Shown here in pieces: positions 12,059 to 21,128 of a stretch of DNA of 64,000 bases; position 1 is the stretch's first letter; every line of letters starts with the position of its first letter. This stretch comes from Nannocystis sp. GTDB lineage: Bacteria; Myxococcota_A; Polyangia; Nannocystales; Nannocystaceae. A model generated the notes under the pieces. The model was not told the DNA's origin. It made no database searches and worked only from the letters and a program-made list of their open reading frames with translations. The stretch spans positions 260,669 to 324,668 of the forward strand of contig NZ_JADJNN010000008.1 in the NCBI RefSeq assembly GCF_016714285.1. Direction: 5' to 3'. Made by a program: the position numbers and the translations under genes.

Positions 12059-12210
12059 GTGTATCATTCCGGTGCACCCACGGCAGCTGCATTGATCTGG
12101 GGCAGGTGCAGGAGTGCGCACTTGGATGACTTGCGCCATGGGCCTGCGATCGCGGGCAGGTGGATCCGTTGTTGGATCCGGGCCCGGGGCCGTGTTATCG
12201 CTGCGACGGG

Positions 12211-13248
12211 ATGCCGGACGCCGGAGATGTGTCGCGCCGGGCGCTGCTCGGCGGCCTGGTTGGGGCGGCCGCGTGGTCGCTGTGCGGCACGGCCGGGGCG
12301 GCCGCGGCCAAGGCCAAGGACAAGGCGAAGCCGCTGGCGAGCAAGGCGGTGCCGGTGGTCCAGGACATCGAGCACGGCAAGCGCGGGACGACCCTGACGC
12401 TGAACCTGCAGCACTCGATGTTCCCGGCCCCCGGCTCGCGCTGGCGCGACGCGACCACCCTGGTGTTCGTGCCCTCGCACTTCCGGGTGCTCGACGATCG
12501 CCGCGTCGACACGGTGGTGCACTTCCACGGGCACAAGACCACCGCGGCCGAGGCGATGAAGAAGCACCAGCTGCGCGAGCAGCTCGACGACAGCCGGCAG
12601 AACGCGATCCTGGTGATGCCGCAGGGGCCGGTGCGGGCGATCGACTCGAGCGGCGGCAAGCTCGATCGCCCGGGCGGGCTCGGCCGCTTCCTCTCCGAGG
12701 TCCGGACCACGCTGCAGCGGGCCGAGGTGAGCAAGGCGCTCGCGGCCGCCCATGTGCCCGCGGCGGCCCGAATCGGCGCGGTCTGTGTCTCGGCCCACTC
12801 GGGCGGCTTCGGCGTCACGGCCCGCTGCCTCAAGCACGGCGGCTTCGATGTCAACGAGGTCTACCTGTTCGACGCGCTCTACGGCGAGGTCGCGGCCTAC
12901 CTCGACTGGGTGCTCGAGCGGCGCAGCCAGAGCGCCGCCCGCTCGCGCCACAAGCTCGTCTCGTACTACGCCGGCGGCAAGCCGCGCAGCAACAGCCTGG
13001 CGCTCATCAAGTCGCTGCGGCAGCGCGGCATCGAGGTGCTGCACGAGGAGCGCGAGGGCCAGCTCTCGCGGGCCGAGATCACGAAGGGGCGCGCTGTCTT
13101 CATCCGCACCCGCATCGATCACAGCCGCCTCACCTACCAGACCAACGGCCTGCGCGACTGCCTGTACGCGTCGTCGCTGCACCGCCGCCTCGAGTCGGAC
13201 TGGTTCGCCGACAAGGACGGCGAGCGCGAGATCGATCGTCGACCCTGA
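12211..13248 (+). CDS. Tat-signal secreted hypothetical protein (possible alpha/beta-hydrolase-like)
   Basis: Twin-arginine leader [23 protein letters not shown]; HFHGHK and VSAHSGGFG motifs; no firm family. Confidence 0.6.
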   Translation: MPDAGDVSRRALLGGLVGAAAWSLCGTAGAAAAKAKDKAKPLASKAVPVVQDIEHGKRGTTLTLNLQHSMFPAPGSRWRDATTLVFVPSHFRVLDDRRVDTVVHFHGHKTTAAEAMKKHQLREQLDDSRQNAILVMPQGPVRAIDSSGGKLDRPGGLGRFLSEVRTTLQRAEVSKALAAAHVPAAARIGAVCVSAHSGGFGVTARCLKHGGFDVNEVYLFDALYGEVAAYLDWVLERRSQSAARSRHKLVSYYAGGKPRSNSLALIKSLRQRGIEVLHEEREGQLSRAEITKGRAVFIRTRIDHSRLTYQTNGLRDCLYASSLHRRLESDWFADKDGEREIDRRP

Positions 13249-13264
13249 GCCGCGATCGCGCGGG

Positions 13265-14467
13265 ATGAAGTGCTCCCAGCCGGCGCGTCGATCCGATACG
13301 CTGGAGGTGCTCGTGTCGACAGTGGTGATGGTGACTGCGCTCGCGGCGTGGCTGGCGAGCGGTGGGGGGGCAGCGGGAAAGGCTGTCCCGGGGGACATGT
13401 CGTCTGCGACAGGTGTTGCACCTGTCCTTGCGGACAGCTCGCCCGAGGACCGCACGGCGCGGCTCCTGGCGGGCTTTGCCGACGGCGCCGATGAGCGGGC
13501 GACGCGGGCCCGTCCGGCCTACGCCCCGCGGATCGACCGCGCCTTCGCCCGCTTCGCGGAGAAGGTCGGCGAGCCGATGCAGGCGTGGGCCGCCGAGGCG
13601 CTGGTCCAGACCCCGGGTGAGACCGTGTTCTACCCGTTCGCCGGCGCCGACTTCCCGACCGCGCACCGCATGTACCCGCTGGCGGCGCGCTACGTGTTGA
13701 TCGCGATGCAGCGCGGCGGGCCGCCGCCGGATCCCGCAGCGCAAGGGCGCGAGGCGCTCGGCGAGCTGCTCGCCGGCTACGAGCGCCTGCTCAGCGCATT
13801 CCTCCGGCGCGGCTTCTTCGTCACCGCCGAGATGAACGCGGAGACCGGCAACGACGCGGCGATCCGCGGCATCACCGGCGCGCTGATGGTGTTCGCCGCG
13901 CGCGAGGGCTTCGAGCTGCTGGGCGTCGATCCGGTCGCGCTGGCCGACGACGGGACGCTGACGTTGCACCCCGGCGACCGCACCCGCGCCGCGACCTGGG
14001 ACTCGGTGCGCCTGCGCCTGCGCCGGCGCGCCGACGGGCAGCCGGTGCTGCTCGAGTACCTTCGCGTCGGCCTGTCGAACAACACGCTCAAGCCCGAGAC
14101 GCCGGCGCTGACGCTGGTCACCGGCCTCAGCGACGCGCGGGTGATCCTCAAGGCCGCGTCGCACCTGCCGCAGGACAACAACTTCACGGTGCTGACCAGG
14201 CTGCTGCTGAGCCGCGCGCCGACGATCGTGCAGGACGAGACCGGCGTCGCCTACGACGCGCTGCGCGGCCGCTTCTCGGTCAAGCTCCACGGCAGCTTCA
14301 AGCAGGTCAACCTGCTGTTCGACGGCAGCGACCAGGAGACGCTGATCGAGGCCTACCGCACTGCGGGAAAGATCGATCGCCTGCCGTTCCACGTCGGCTA
14401 CCGCAAGGGCGCGGCGGCCTGCATGCTGGTGGCGACGCGGGCCACGGTGACCAGCGACGCGCGGTAG
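13265..14467 (+). CDS. Hypothetical protein; start uncertain (REP-like palindromes at 13383-13438 lie inside the 5' region; alternative ATG at ~13577)
   Basis: Long ORF with GC3-rich codon usage; no recognisable domain. Confidence 0.5.
   Translation: MKCSQPARRSDTLEVLVSTVVMVTALAAWLASGGGAAGKAVPGDMSSATGVAPVLADSSPEDRTARLLAGFADGADERATRARPAYAPRIDRAFARFAEKVGEPMQAWAAEALVQTPGETVFYPFAGADFPTAHRMYPLAARYVLIAMQRGGPPPDPAAQGREALGELLAGYERLLSAFLRRGFFVTAEMNAETGNDAAIRGITGALMVFAAREGFELLGVDPVALADDGTLTLHPGDRTRAATWDSVRLRLRRRADGQPVLLEYLRVGLSNNTLKPETPALTLVTGLSDARVILKAASHLPQDNNFTVLTRLLLSRAPTIVQDETGVAYDALRGRFSVKLHGSFKQVNLLFDGSDQETLIEAYRTAGKIDRLPFHVGYRKGAAACMLVATRATVTSDAR
13383..13438. repeat. Cluster of three adjacent palindromes of the REP-like family (CTGTCCCGGGGGACATG; ACAGGTGttgCACCTGT; CTGTCCttgcGGACAG)
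   Basis: Read directly; same core as elements at 17492, 32193, 48935 etc. Confidence 0.7.
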
Positions 14468-15885
14468 GCCGTCGGCGCGGCGACCGGGCCGAGCTCGACG
14501 ACGATCACGTGCTCGCCCGGTGCGACGCCCGTGATGGTGAAGGCGCGGCCGAGCGCGGGCGTGAAGGGGCGTCGGTCGAGCCACACGCGGGCCTCGGCGT
14601 CGGCCTCGACCTCGACCAGCAGGCGGCCCGGATCCTGCGCGTGCTGGGCGACGCGCAGGCCCGGACGCGGGCCAGCGTCGTGCTGCAGGCCGGGGCCCTG
14701 CGGCGCGGCCTGCAGCGCGAGATCGAGGGTCGGCCGCACCAGCGCGCGCAGGCGCGGGACGACCAGGCGATCGGTGTCGCCAAGCGCCCCGGGGAAGGCC
14801 ACGGAGGCGACCATGAACAGGCGTCGCGGGCCGCCGCGTTCGACCAGGGTGGCGTTCTCCAGCAGCGCGACGCGGGGGATCCGGCCGACGTTGTTGAACA
14901 CCTCGACGGGCGCGCCGAAGGCCTCGTCGGGGACCCGCCCGAGCCGCTTGCGCGTGATCTTCATGGTCGCCCGCATGCGCTCGACGTCCGTGAGGGAGAT
15001 CGGGAAGCGCTGATCGGCCGGCAGCTCCTCGTGCAGCATCACCCGCCGCTGAACATCGTGGAGCTCGAAGAGGGTCGCGCAGTTGCCCTTGCAGCTTGCA
15101 TGACGGCCGCTGGCCTCGCGCGCCGGCAGCTCGCCTTGCAGCTCGCCCTCGCGGTAGCGCATCGGCGGCGAGCTGCGCAGGGTGGGGCCGTCGCGGTTAC
15201 CGTAGCGGGCCTGGATCGCCATCTCCGGCAGACCCCAGCGCGGCGAGAGGTACTCCTGATTGAGCGCGTCGAAGCCGGCGATCCGGACCAGGCGGTTGTA
15301 GTCCTTGTTCGAGCTGTGCATCAGCGCCTCGTGGACCATGTCGGCGACCTGGCCGCTCTGCAGGCCCTCGGCGTCGCTGAACTCGATCTCGGCGTCGCCC
15401 GTGAGCCCGAGCGCCCCGAGCGTCCACAGGGCGCCCACCGAGGTCGCCAGCTTCACCGTCGAGGCCGGATGAAAGTAATGCCGCGGGACCTCGAAGGCGG
15501 TGTCGCCGAGGCTGTAGTGGAAGTAGCGCGGCTGGCCGACGCCGGGCCGCACGGTCACGACCAGCGCGCGCGAGAAGGCCGGCGGCTCGTAGTCGACGCG
15601 GCGATAGTGCTTGCCGAGGCTGTCCTTGTCGGCGAGCAGGCGGGCCATCGTGAACCAGCCGTCGCGGTCGCGGGCGGGGTCGAGGTTGAGGAGCTGCGGG
15701 TGCTCGGCGCGCAGGGCCAGCAGCGCGGGGTCCGGGGCCACGGGCTGCGCTGCGGGACGCGCCGGCGCTGCGACCTGCGCGGACGCTGCGGGCACCGGCG
15801 CAGCGCCTGGATCTGTCCCCGAGGACAGGCAGGCGCCGAGCACGATCGCCGGGGTCGGCCACCACAGCAGGCGAGGGCGAGGCAC
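14398..15885 (-). CDS. Putative serine hydrolase lipoprotein (beta-lactamase/DD-peptidase-like SxxK...SxN)
   Basis: Lipobox AIVLGAC; STVK and HSSN motifs spaced like SxxK/SxN of penicillin-recognising serine enzymes; 3' end overlaps convergent neighbour by 70 bp; start approximate (GTG near 15885, must be <15914). Confidence 0.45.
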   Translation of the reverse strand: MPRPRLLWWPTPAIVLGACLSSGTDPGAAPVPAASAQVAAPARPAAQPVAPDPALLALRAEHPQLLNLDPARDRDGWFTMARLLADKDSLGKHYRRVDYEPPAFSRALVVTVRPGVGQPRYFHYSLGDTAFEVPRHYFHPASTVKLATSVGALWTLGALGLTGDAEIEFSDAEGLQSGQVADMVHEALMHSSNKDYNRLVRIAGFDALNQEYLSPRWGLPEMAIQARYGNRDGPTLRSSPPMRYREGELQGELPAREASGRHASCKGNCATLFELHDVQRRVMLHEELPADQRFPISLTDVERMRATMKITRKRLGRVPDEAFGAPVEVFNNVGRIPRVALLENATLVERGGPRRLFMVASVAFPGALGDTDRLVVPRLRALVRPTLDLALQAAPQGPGLQHDAGPRPGLRVAQHAQDPGRLLVEVEADAEARVWLDRRPFTPALGRAFTITGVAPGEHVIVVELGPVAAPTAYRASLVTVARVATSMQAAAPLR

Positions 15886-15913
15886 GGGGCGCCGGACGAT
15901 ATCACGGGGCCGA

Positions 15914-16501
15914 TCACGACGCGTCGGGATAGCGGCGCACGAGATAGCGGTAGTACCCGGCGAGCTCGCGCAGCAGCGACCAGGGCTCGCGCAGCTCGAG
16001 CTCGAGCGGCGCATGGGCGCCGTAAACCTGCTCGACGCCGAAGCGCCGCAGCGCCAGCTTGGTGCGCGTGAGGTGGTAGTACTGGCTGACCGCGACGACC
16101 GAGCGGAGGCCGTGCGCGCGCATGTGGGCGGCGACGAAGCGGGCCGTCTCGTAGGTGTTGATGCCGCCGCGATCCTCGATCACGGCCGCCGCCGGCACGC
16201 CGTGCTCGACGAGGTAGCGCTTCATGACCTCGGGCTCGGGCGGGCTGCCCGGATCCTGGCCGCCGCTGACGACGATCTGCGGGACCAGGCCGGCGCGGTG
16301 CAGCGCGAGCGCGGCGTCGAGGCGCAGCTCCAAGCGACGCGAGGGCTCGCCCGCGGCGCTGACGTGGTTGCCGAGCACGACCGCGAGATCCGCGGGCGCG
16401 CCGCGATCGGTACAGCCGTCCGTGCTCACGGCGATCAGGTGCAGCCCTGCCCACAGACCCAGAGTGAGGGCCCCGCGTCGCAGCCAGGTCCGGTACGCCA
16501 C
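15914..16501 (-). CDS. DUF218 (YdcF/SanA/ElyC-like) protein
   Basis: N-terminal TM, VVLGNHV...PQIVVSGGQ...KRYLVEHGVPAAAVIEDRGGINTYETARF motifs of DUF218. Confidence 0.7.
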   Translation of the reverse strand: MAYRTWLRRGALTLGLWAGLHLIAVSTDGCTDRGAPADLAVVLGNHVSAAGEPSRRLELRLDAALALHRAGLVPQIVVSGGQDPGSPPEPEVMKRYLVEHGVPAAAVIEDRGGINTYETARFVAAHMRAHGLRSVVAVSQYYHLTRTKLALRRFGVEQVYGAHAPLELELREPWSLLRELAGYYRYLVRRYPDAS

Positions 16502-16515
16502 CGGACGAGGATAGC

Positions 16516-16628
16516 GGCGCGGGAGCCCTGACGGGCGCGCCGTGGTTGGTTTTCCGCCGAGGCGGCCGCCGCGTTCGCCGACAACCTCGCGCGGGAGCCT
16601 TGACGGGCGCGCCGTGGTTGGTTTTTCC
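16516..16628. repeat. Two ~40-bp direct repeats (GCGCGGGAGCC(C/T)TGACGGGCGCGCCGTGGTTGGTTTT(T)CC) 73 bp apart, immediately upstream of ATP-grasp gene
   Basis: Copies at 16516-16554 and 16589-16628; each contains TTGACG/CTGACG -35-like hexamer. Confidence 0.75.
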
Positions 16629-16638
16629 TGGCCTCCCG

Positions 16639-17490
16639 ATGACCGTCGCCCTCGTCACTGCCCGGGCCGCGCGCTCGCTGGACGCCGACCTGCCCCCGCT
16701 CATGGCCGCCTTGACCCGCCGCGGGGTGGCCCACGAGGTCGCCGTGTGGGACGACCCCGAGATCGACTGGCACCGCTTCACGCGGATCGTCGTGCGATCG
16801 ACCTGGGACTACGCGGCGCGGCGCGGGAGCTTCCTCGCCTGGGCCGGACGCGCCGCCACGGCCGCGCCGCTGCACAACCCGCTGGCCGTGCTGCGCTGGA
16901 ACACGGACAAGCGCTACCTCGCCGACCTCGCCGCGGCCGGGGTGGCCGTCGTGCCGACGCGCTGGTGCGTGCCCGGAAAGTCGCCGGAGCTCCCGGCTGG
17001 CGACTTCGTGGTCAAGCCCTCGGTGGGGGCCGGATCGGTCGGGGCGGCCCGCTTCGCGGCGCACGAGCATGCGGCCGCGACGGCGCACGTGGCCCGCCTG
17101 CACGCCGCGGGGCACGTCGCGCTGATCCAGCCCTACCTCGCGGCGATCGAGCGCCACGGCGAGACGGCGCTGGTGTTCTTCGCCGGCGAATTCAGCCACG
17201 CGGTCCGCAAGGCCGCGATCCTGGTGCCCGGACTGCGCATGGTCGAGGGCCTCTACGCGGCCGAGGAGATCGGGCCGACCACTGTCAGTGCGTCCGAGCT
17301 GGCCCTCGCCGCCGCCGCGCTCGCGGCCGTGCCGGGGCGCCGCAAGCTGCTGTACGCCCGCGTCGACCTGGTCCCCGATGACGACGGCCAGCCGCGCGTG
17401 CTCGAGCTCGAGCTCGCCGAACCGTCGGTGTTCCTCGACCACGCCGACGGCGCCAGCGATCGCTTCGCCGCGGCACTCGCCGGGGTCTGA
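16639..17490 (+). CDS. ATP-grasp domain protein (RimK/glutathione-synthetase-like)
   Basis: ATP-grasp fold pattern: NPLAVLRWNTDKRYL, FVVKPSVGAGSVG, ALIQPYL, ...YARVDLV; start ATG 16639. Confidence 0.7.
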   Translation: MTVALVTARAARSLDADLPPLMAALTRRGVAHEVAVWDDPEIDWHRFTRIVVRSTWDYAARRGSFLAWAGRAATAAPLHNPLAVLRWNTDKRYLADLAAAGVAVVPTRWCVPGKSPELPAGDFVVKPSVGAGSVGAARFAAHEHAAATAHVARLHAAGHVALIQPYLAAIERHGETALVFFAGEFSHAVRKAAILVPGLRMVEGLYAAEEIGPTTVSASELALAAAALAAVPGRRKLLYARVDLVPDDDGQPRVLELELAEPSVFLDHADGASDRFAAALAGV

Positions 17491-17491
17491 G

Positions 17492-17562
17492 CCTGTCCCG
17501 AGGGACAGGCCCTTGGCCAGCGAACGCGCTCGCGGGGCTCTGAGCCTGTCCCGAAGGACAGG
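17492..17562. repeat. Two tandem REP-like palindromes CCTGTCCCGAGGGACAGG and CCTGTCCCGAAGGACAGG
   Basis: In 75-bp convergent intergenic space between ATP-grasp stop and parB stop. Confidence 0.85.
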
Positions 17563-17565
17563 CCC

Positions 17566-18486
17566 CTAACCCTCGTCGCGCGCGTCGCCGGGCAGCAAGG
17601 TGGCGAGCAGGCGGTCGAGCTCGTCGAGGCTGGCGTAGGGCACCTCGATCGTGCCGCTGCCCTGCTTCTTCGCGTCCGTCTTGACCGCCACCTTGACGCC
17701 GAGGCCGCGGCGCAGCCGCTCCTCGAGGTCGCGGACGATGAGCACGCGCGCGCGCTCGGACTCACTCGGCTCGGCGGGCTCGGGCGGCGGGTGCAGGCGC
17801 AGCTTCACCGCCCGCTCGATCGCCCGCACCGTGTAGCCGCGCTGGATCGCCTCGAGCGCCAGCTCGATCATGTCGGCCGGGTTCTCGAGCGCGAGCAGGG
17901 CCCGCGCGTGGCCCATGCTGAGGCGGCCCTCCTGCACGAAGCCCTGGACCTTCGGCGGCAGCTTGAGCAGGCGCAGCGCGTTGGCGATGGTGCTGCGGTC
18001 TTTGCCCAGGCGCTCGGCGAGCTGCTCCTGGGTGTACTCGCGGACGTCCATCAGCTGGCGATAGGCGGCGGCCTCCTCGATTGGGCTGAGGTCGAGGCGC
18101 TGCAGGTTCTCCAGCACCGCGAGCTCGAGGCGATCGCTCTCGGGGGTGTCGCGTACGACCACCGGGACGTCGTGCAGCCCGGCCAGCTGGGCCGAGCGCC
18201 AGCGTCGCTCGCCAGCGACGATCATGAAGCTGCCCGGCGGATCGTTGTGCGGGGTGACGACGATCGGCTGCAAGATCCCGTGGATCTTGATGCTGTCGGC
18301 CAGCTCGCGGAGCAGCGCGGCCTCGAAGTGCTTGCGCGGCTGATCGCGGTTGGGGACCAGGCTCTCGATCGGCAGGCTCCGCAGCGTCGACCCGCCCGCC
18401 TCGGGGCTCTGGGCGGGTTCGCTGGGGCGCTGCGGGATCAGGGCTCCGAGGCCGCGGCCGAGGACGGGACGCTTGGGCAGGTTCAC
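17566..18486 (-). CDS. parB: Chromosome partitioning protein ParB (Spo0J)
   Basis: GLGALIPQ, ParB box ...IVAGERRWRSAQLAG..., HTH QEQLAERLGKDRSTIANALRLLKL. Confidence 0.9.
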   Translation of the reverse strand: MNLPKRPVLGRGLGALIPQRPSEPAQSPEAGGSTLRSLPIESLVPNRDQPRKHFEAALLRELADSIKIHGILQPIVVTPHNDPPGSFMIVAGERRWRSAQLAGLHDVPVVVRDTPESDRLELAVLENLQRLDLSPIEEAAAYRQLMDVREYTQEQLAERLGKDRSTIANALRLLKLPPKVQGFVQEGRLSMGHARALLALENPADMIELALEAIQRGYTVRAIERAVKLRLHPPPEPAEPSESERARVLIVRDLEERLRRGLGVKVAVKTDAKKQGSGTIEVPYASLDELDRLLATLLPGDARDEG

Positions 18487-19328
18487 GGCTTTTGCCTCGC
18501 TTCCTGGCGCGCCAGCAGCTCTTGCGCGAGCTCGAGGTAGGCCTTGGCGCCCTTGCTCTCGATGTCGTAGAGCAGCACGGGCTTGCCGTGGCTCGGGCTC
18601 TCGCTGAGGCGCACGTTGGGGGGGATCACGGTCTCGAACACGTGTTCGGCGAAGTGGCGCTTGACCTCCGCGACCACCTGCTGGGCCAGGTTGGTGCGCT
18701 TGTCGAGCATGCAGAAGACGATGCCCTCGACCTGCAGCCGCGGGTTCAGTGAATCCTTGATCATGCCGATCGTGCCAGTCAACGCGCCCAGGCCCTCGAG
18801 CGAGAAGTACTTGGCCTGCATCGGGATCAGCACCGAGTCGGCGGCGACCAGGGCGTTGAGGGTGAGCAGGCCGAGCGAGGGCGGGCAGTCGAGGATGATG
18901 TAGTCCCAGGGCAGCGGCGCCGCCTTCTTGAACGCCCGCGCCAGCACGGTCTCGCGGCTCAGCACGCTGACCAGCTCGATCTCCGCGCCAGCGAGGTCCT
19001 CCGAGGCCGGCACGACCTGCAGCGTGGGCAGCTCGGTCGGCTGCACCACCGAGAGCAGCGAGGCCCCGCCGAGCAGCAGCTCGTAGCTGCCGGCCTTGAT
19101 GTGGCCGCGGCTCTGACCCACCGCCGAGCTGGCGTTGCCCTGCGGGTCGAGGTCGACCAGCAGCACCCGCTTCTCCGCCGCCGCGAGGCTGGCCGCGAGG
19201 TTGACCGCGGTGGTCGTCTTGCCCTCGCCGCCCTTCTGGTTGCTGATCGCCACCACCCGCGCGCCGCGTGACGTGCTCGGGTCAGGGCGGGCTACCTTCG
19301 CTGCGGGGTCGGTCGACACGCGGCCCAC
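18483..19328 (-). CDS. parA: Chromosome partitioning ATPase ParA (Soj)
   Basis: Deviant Walker A ISNQKGGEGKTTTAVNLAASLA; overlaps parB start by 4 nt (operon). Confidence 0.9.
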   Translation of the reverse strand: MGRVSTDPAAKVARPDPSTSRGARVVAISNQKGGEGKTTTAVNLAASLAAAEKRVLLVDLDPQGNASSAVGQSRGHIKAGSYELLLGGASLLSVVQPTELPTLQVVPASEDLAGAEIELVSVLSRETVLARAFKKAAPLPWDYIILDCPPSLGLLTLNALVAADSVLIPMQAKYFSLEGLGALTGTIGMIKDSLNPRLQVEGIVFCMLDKRTNLAQQVVAEVKRHFAEHVFETVIPPNVRLSESPSHGKPVLLYDIESKGAKAYLELAQELLARQEARQKP

Positions 19329-19429
19329 TCCTTACCATCCGCCGGCCCGCGCTGCTTGTTTCGCGCAGGCCTCGAGACGACGCGTAGTTTATTTGCCTAC
19401 ATGTACGGACATGGCTTACGAAGCCAGAC

Positions 19430-19603
19430 ATGAGCTACTTCCGGACCGCGTTCACAAGCTTCGAGGAGTTCAAGCGCGAGGCGCTGCAAGATCTTGATGA
19501 TCTTGGCAAAGAGGAGATCGAACTGATGCGTGAAGTGGAGGACCACGACAACTTCCATCGCCGCCCGGCGCGAGGCCGTCGGCCGTTCTACGACCTCGAG
19601 TAA
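19430..19603 (+). CDS. Candidate 57-aa small protein (MSYFRTAFTSFEEFKREALQDLDDLGKEEIELMREVEDHDNFHRRPARGRRPFYDLE)
   Basis: Uninterrupted ATG..TAA ORF in low-GC intergenic island divergent from parA; below ORF-track size cutoff; no homolog recognised. Confidence 0.35.
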   Translation: MSYFRTAFTSFEEFKREALQDLDDLGKEEIELMREVEDHDNFHRRPARGRRPFYDLE

Positions 19604-19606
19604 GCC

Positions 19607-20965
19607 TCACTGGCCTGGCGTCGGGGCCGCGAAGCTCCAGGTTCCCGGCTCGTCCGGTGCGGCCGGATCACTGCGGACCAGCGCCTCCTCCTGCGCGGCC
19701 GGGTCAGGCGGGACAAGAGGCTCGGGCCCGGCCCGGTAGGTCGATCGGAGGAGCTTCGAGCCGTCGCGCAGCGCCACCGGCTCATGCACCGCGAGGCCCG
19801 CGTTGGCGATCGTGGTGTCATCGGTGACGAGCACGAGACCGCCGCCCGTCGGGCCAGTGTACAGGTTGCCGACGATGATCGCCCGCTGGCCCGGGGCGAG
19901 GCAGGTGCTCGGCTGGCAACCGCCGTCGCCGGCCAGAAACAGCAGCGGATCGGCGCCGGTCGGCGCGTCCGAGAGATCGTCGGCGATGGTCCACGTGGCC
20001 AGGTCCACGGTGCCCGGGCCGAGGTTCTCGATCTCGACGAACTCGGCGTGCTTCTCGAGGTTGCCTGGACCCGGCGGGTTGCTGAGCACCTCGACGATCG
20101 CCACCTCGGCGGGCAGCGCCTCGCCGGTGGTCCCGCTGTCGTCGCCGGTCGTGCCGGCCTCGAGCTCCGTGGCGGTGCCGGGGCTGGGCGGGCAGGCCGA
20201 CCAGTCGCTGGCGTCGTCGTGATCGATCGCGGAGCCGCGGCACAGCGACTCCCCCGGCCCGGGCGCAGCCGCCGGGGCGCCGAGCCACAGGCCACGGGCG
20301 TCCCACGGGGCCGGCTGAGCTGCGCCGTGGATCAACGCGTCACCCATGATGTCGCCGACGTGCAGGAGGACCCCGCCGTCGGCGTTGCGCAGGCCCTCGC
20401 TCGACGCGAAGGCGACCCGCACACCGTTGTCGATCGCGGCCACCGGCGGATCGGGCACATCGGCCGCGGCGGCGAAGCGCAGCACGAGCAGGCGCTCACC
20501 CGGCAGCAGCACCTGGCCGGCGAGGCCGAGCGCGTCGGCGCTGAGCGTCGGCCAGGCGCGTGCGTCGATCTCGAGGCCCGTCAGATCGATCGGCAGCTCA
20601 CCGACGTGCGCGATCTCGAGGAATTCGGGGCTGTCCGGGCCGCCGTCCTTGCCGTTCGGGTCGGGGTGCAGCTCGGCGATCTGCAGGGCGCTCAGGTCGA
20701 GCGGGGGGCCGGTGCCGGTGTCGCTCGAGGCCCCACCGTCGCTGGTCGCGGGGGGCGGGCCGCTGGTCGTGGTCGTTGTACTCGTCGAGGTCGAGCTCGG
20801 GGTCTTGTCGCGCTCGCGCGCGGGCAACTGCCAGCTGGTCGTACCGGACGCGGCGGATGAGCCGGACTCGGTGGCCGCGACGCTGGTCGTGGGTTCACTG
20901 CCTGGCGGCTCGAAGGGGACGCACGCGAGCAGCAGGACGAGGGGGAGGGGGGCGCAGTTTCGCAT
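19607..20965 (-). CDS. Lipoprotein with two lamin-tail-domain (LTD)-like repeats
   Basis: Signal/lipobox PLPLVLLLAC; repeats EFLEIAHVGELPIDLTGLEID and EFVEIENLGPGTVDLATWTIAD match LTD signature; Ser/Thr-rich linker. Confidence 0.65.
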   Translation of the reverse strand: MRNCAPLPLVLLLACVPFEPPGSEPTTSVAATESGSSAASGTTSWQLPARERDKTPSSTSTSTTTTTSGPPPATSDGGASSDTGTGPPLDLSALQIAELHPDPNGKDGGPDSPEFLEIAHVGELPIDLTGLEIDARAWPTLSADALGLAGQVLLPGERLLVLRFAAAADVPDPPVAAIDNGVRVAFASSEGLRNADGGVLLHVGDIMGDALIHGAAQPAPWDARGLWLGAPAAAPGPGESLCRGSAIDHDDASDWSACPPSPGTATELEAGTTGDDSGTTGEALPAEVAIVEVLSNPPGPGNLEKHAEFVEIENLGPGTVDLATWTIADDLSDAPTGADPLLFLAGDGGCQPSTCLAPGQRAIIVGNLYTGPTGGGLVLVTDDTTIANAGLAVHEPVALRDGSKLLRSTYRAGPEPLVPPDPAAQEEALVRSDPAAPDEPGTWSFAAPTPGQ

Positions 20966-21128
20966 GCGGCCGTGTTCGCCCCCGGCGATGGTGGCGTTGC
21001 GCGGCAATCATGGCTGACCGTCCGCGGCCGATCCGAGGGCGCCCGAACTGAGCTGGACGGCGGGCGTTTGATCAGGCGAAAAGCTCATTACTTACGAAGC
21101 ATTGCTTGCTGCCAATGCAACGAAGATA

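Noticed and set aside
19329-19606. parS site search upstream of parA
   Set aside because: No TGTTTCACGTGAAACA-like 16-mer found; only a GTGAAAC half-site at ~28785 elsewhere
21086-21120. Hairpin GCATTG-N8-CAATGC downstream of FHA-sigma54 gene as terminator
   Set aside because: The A/T run is ~15 nt away from the stem on the transcribed strand, too far for an intrinsic terminator
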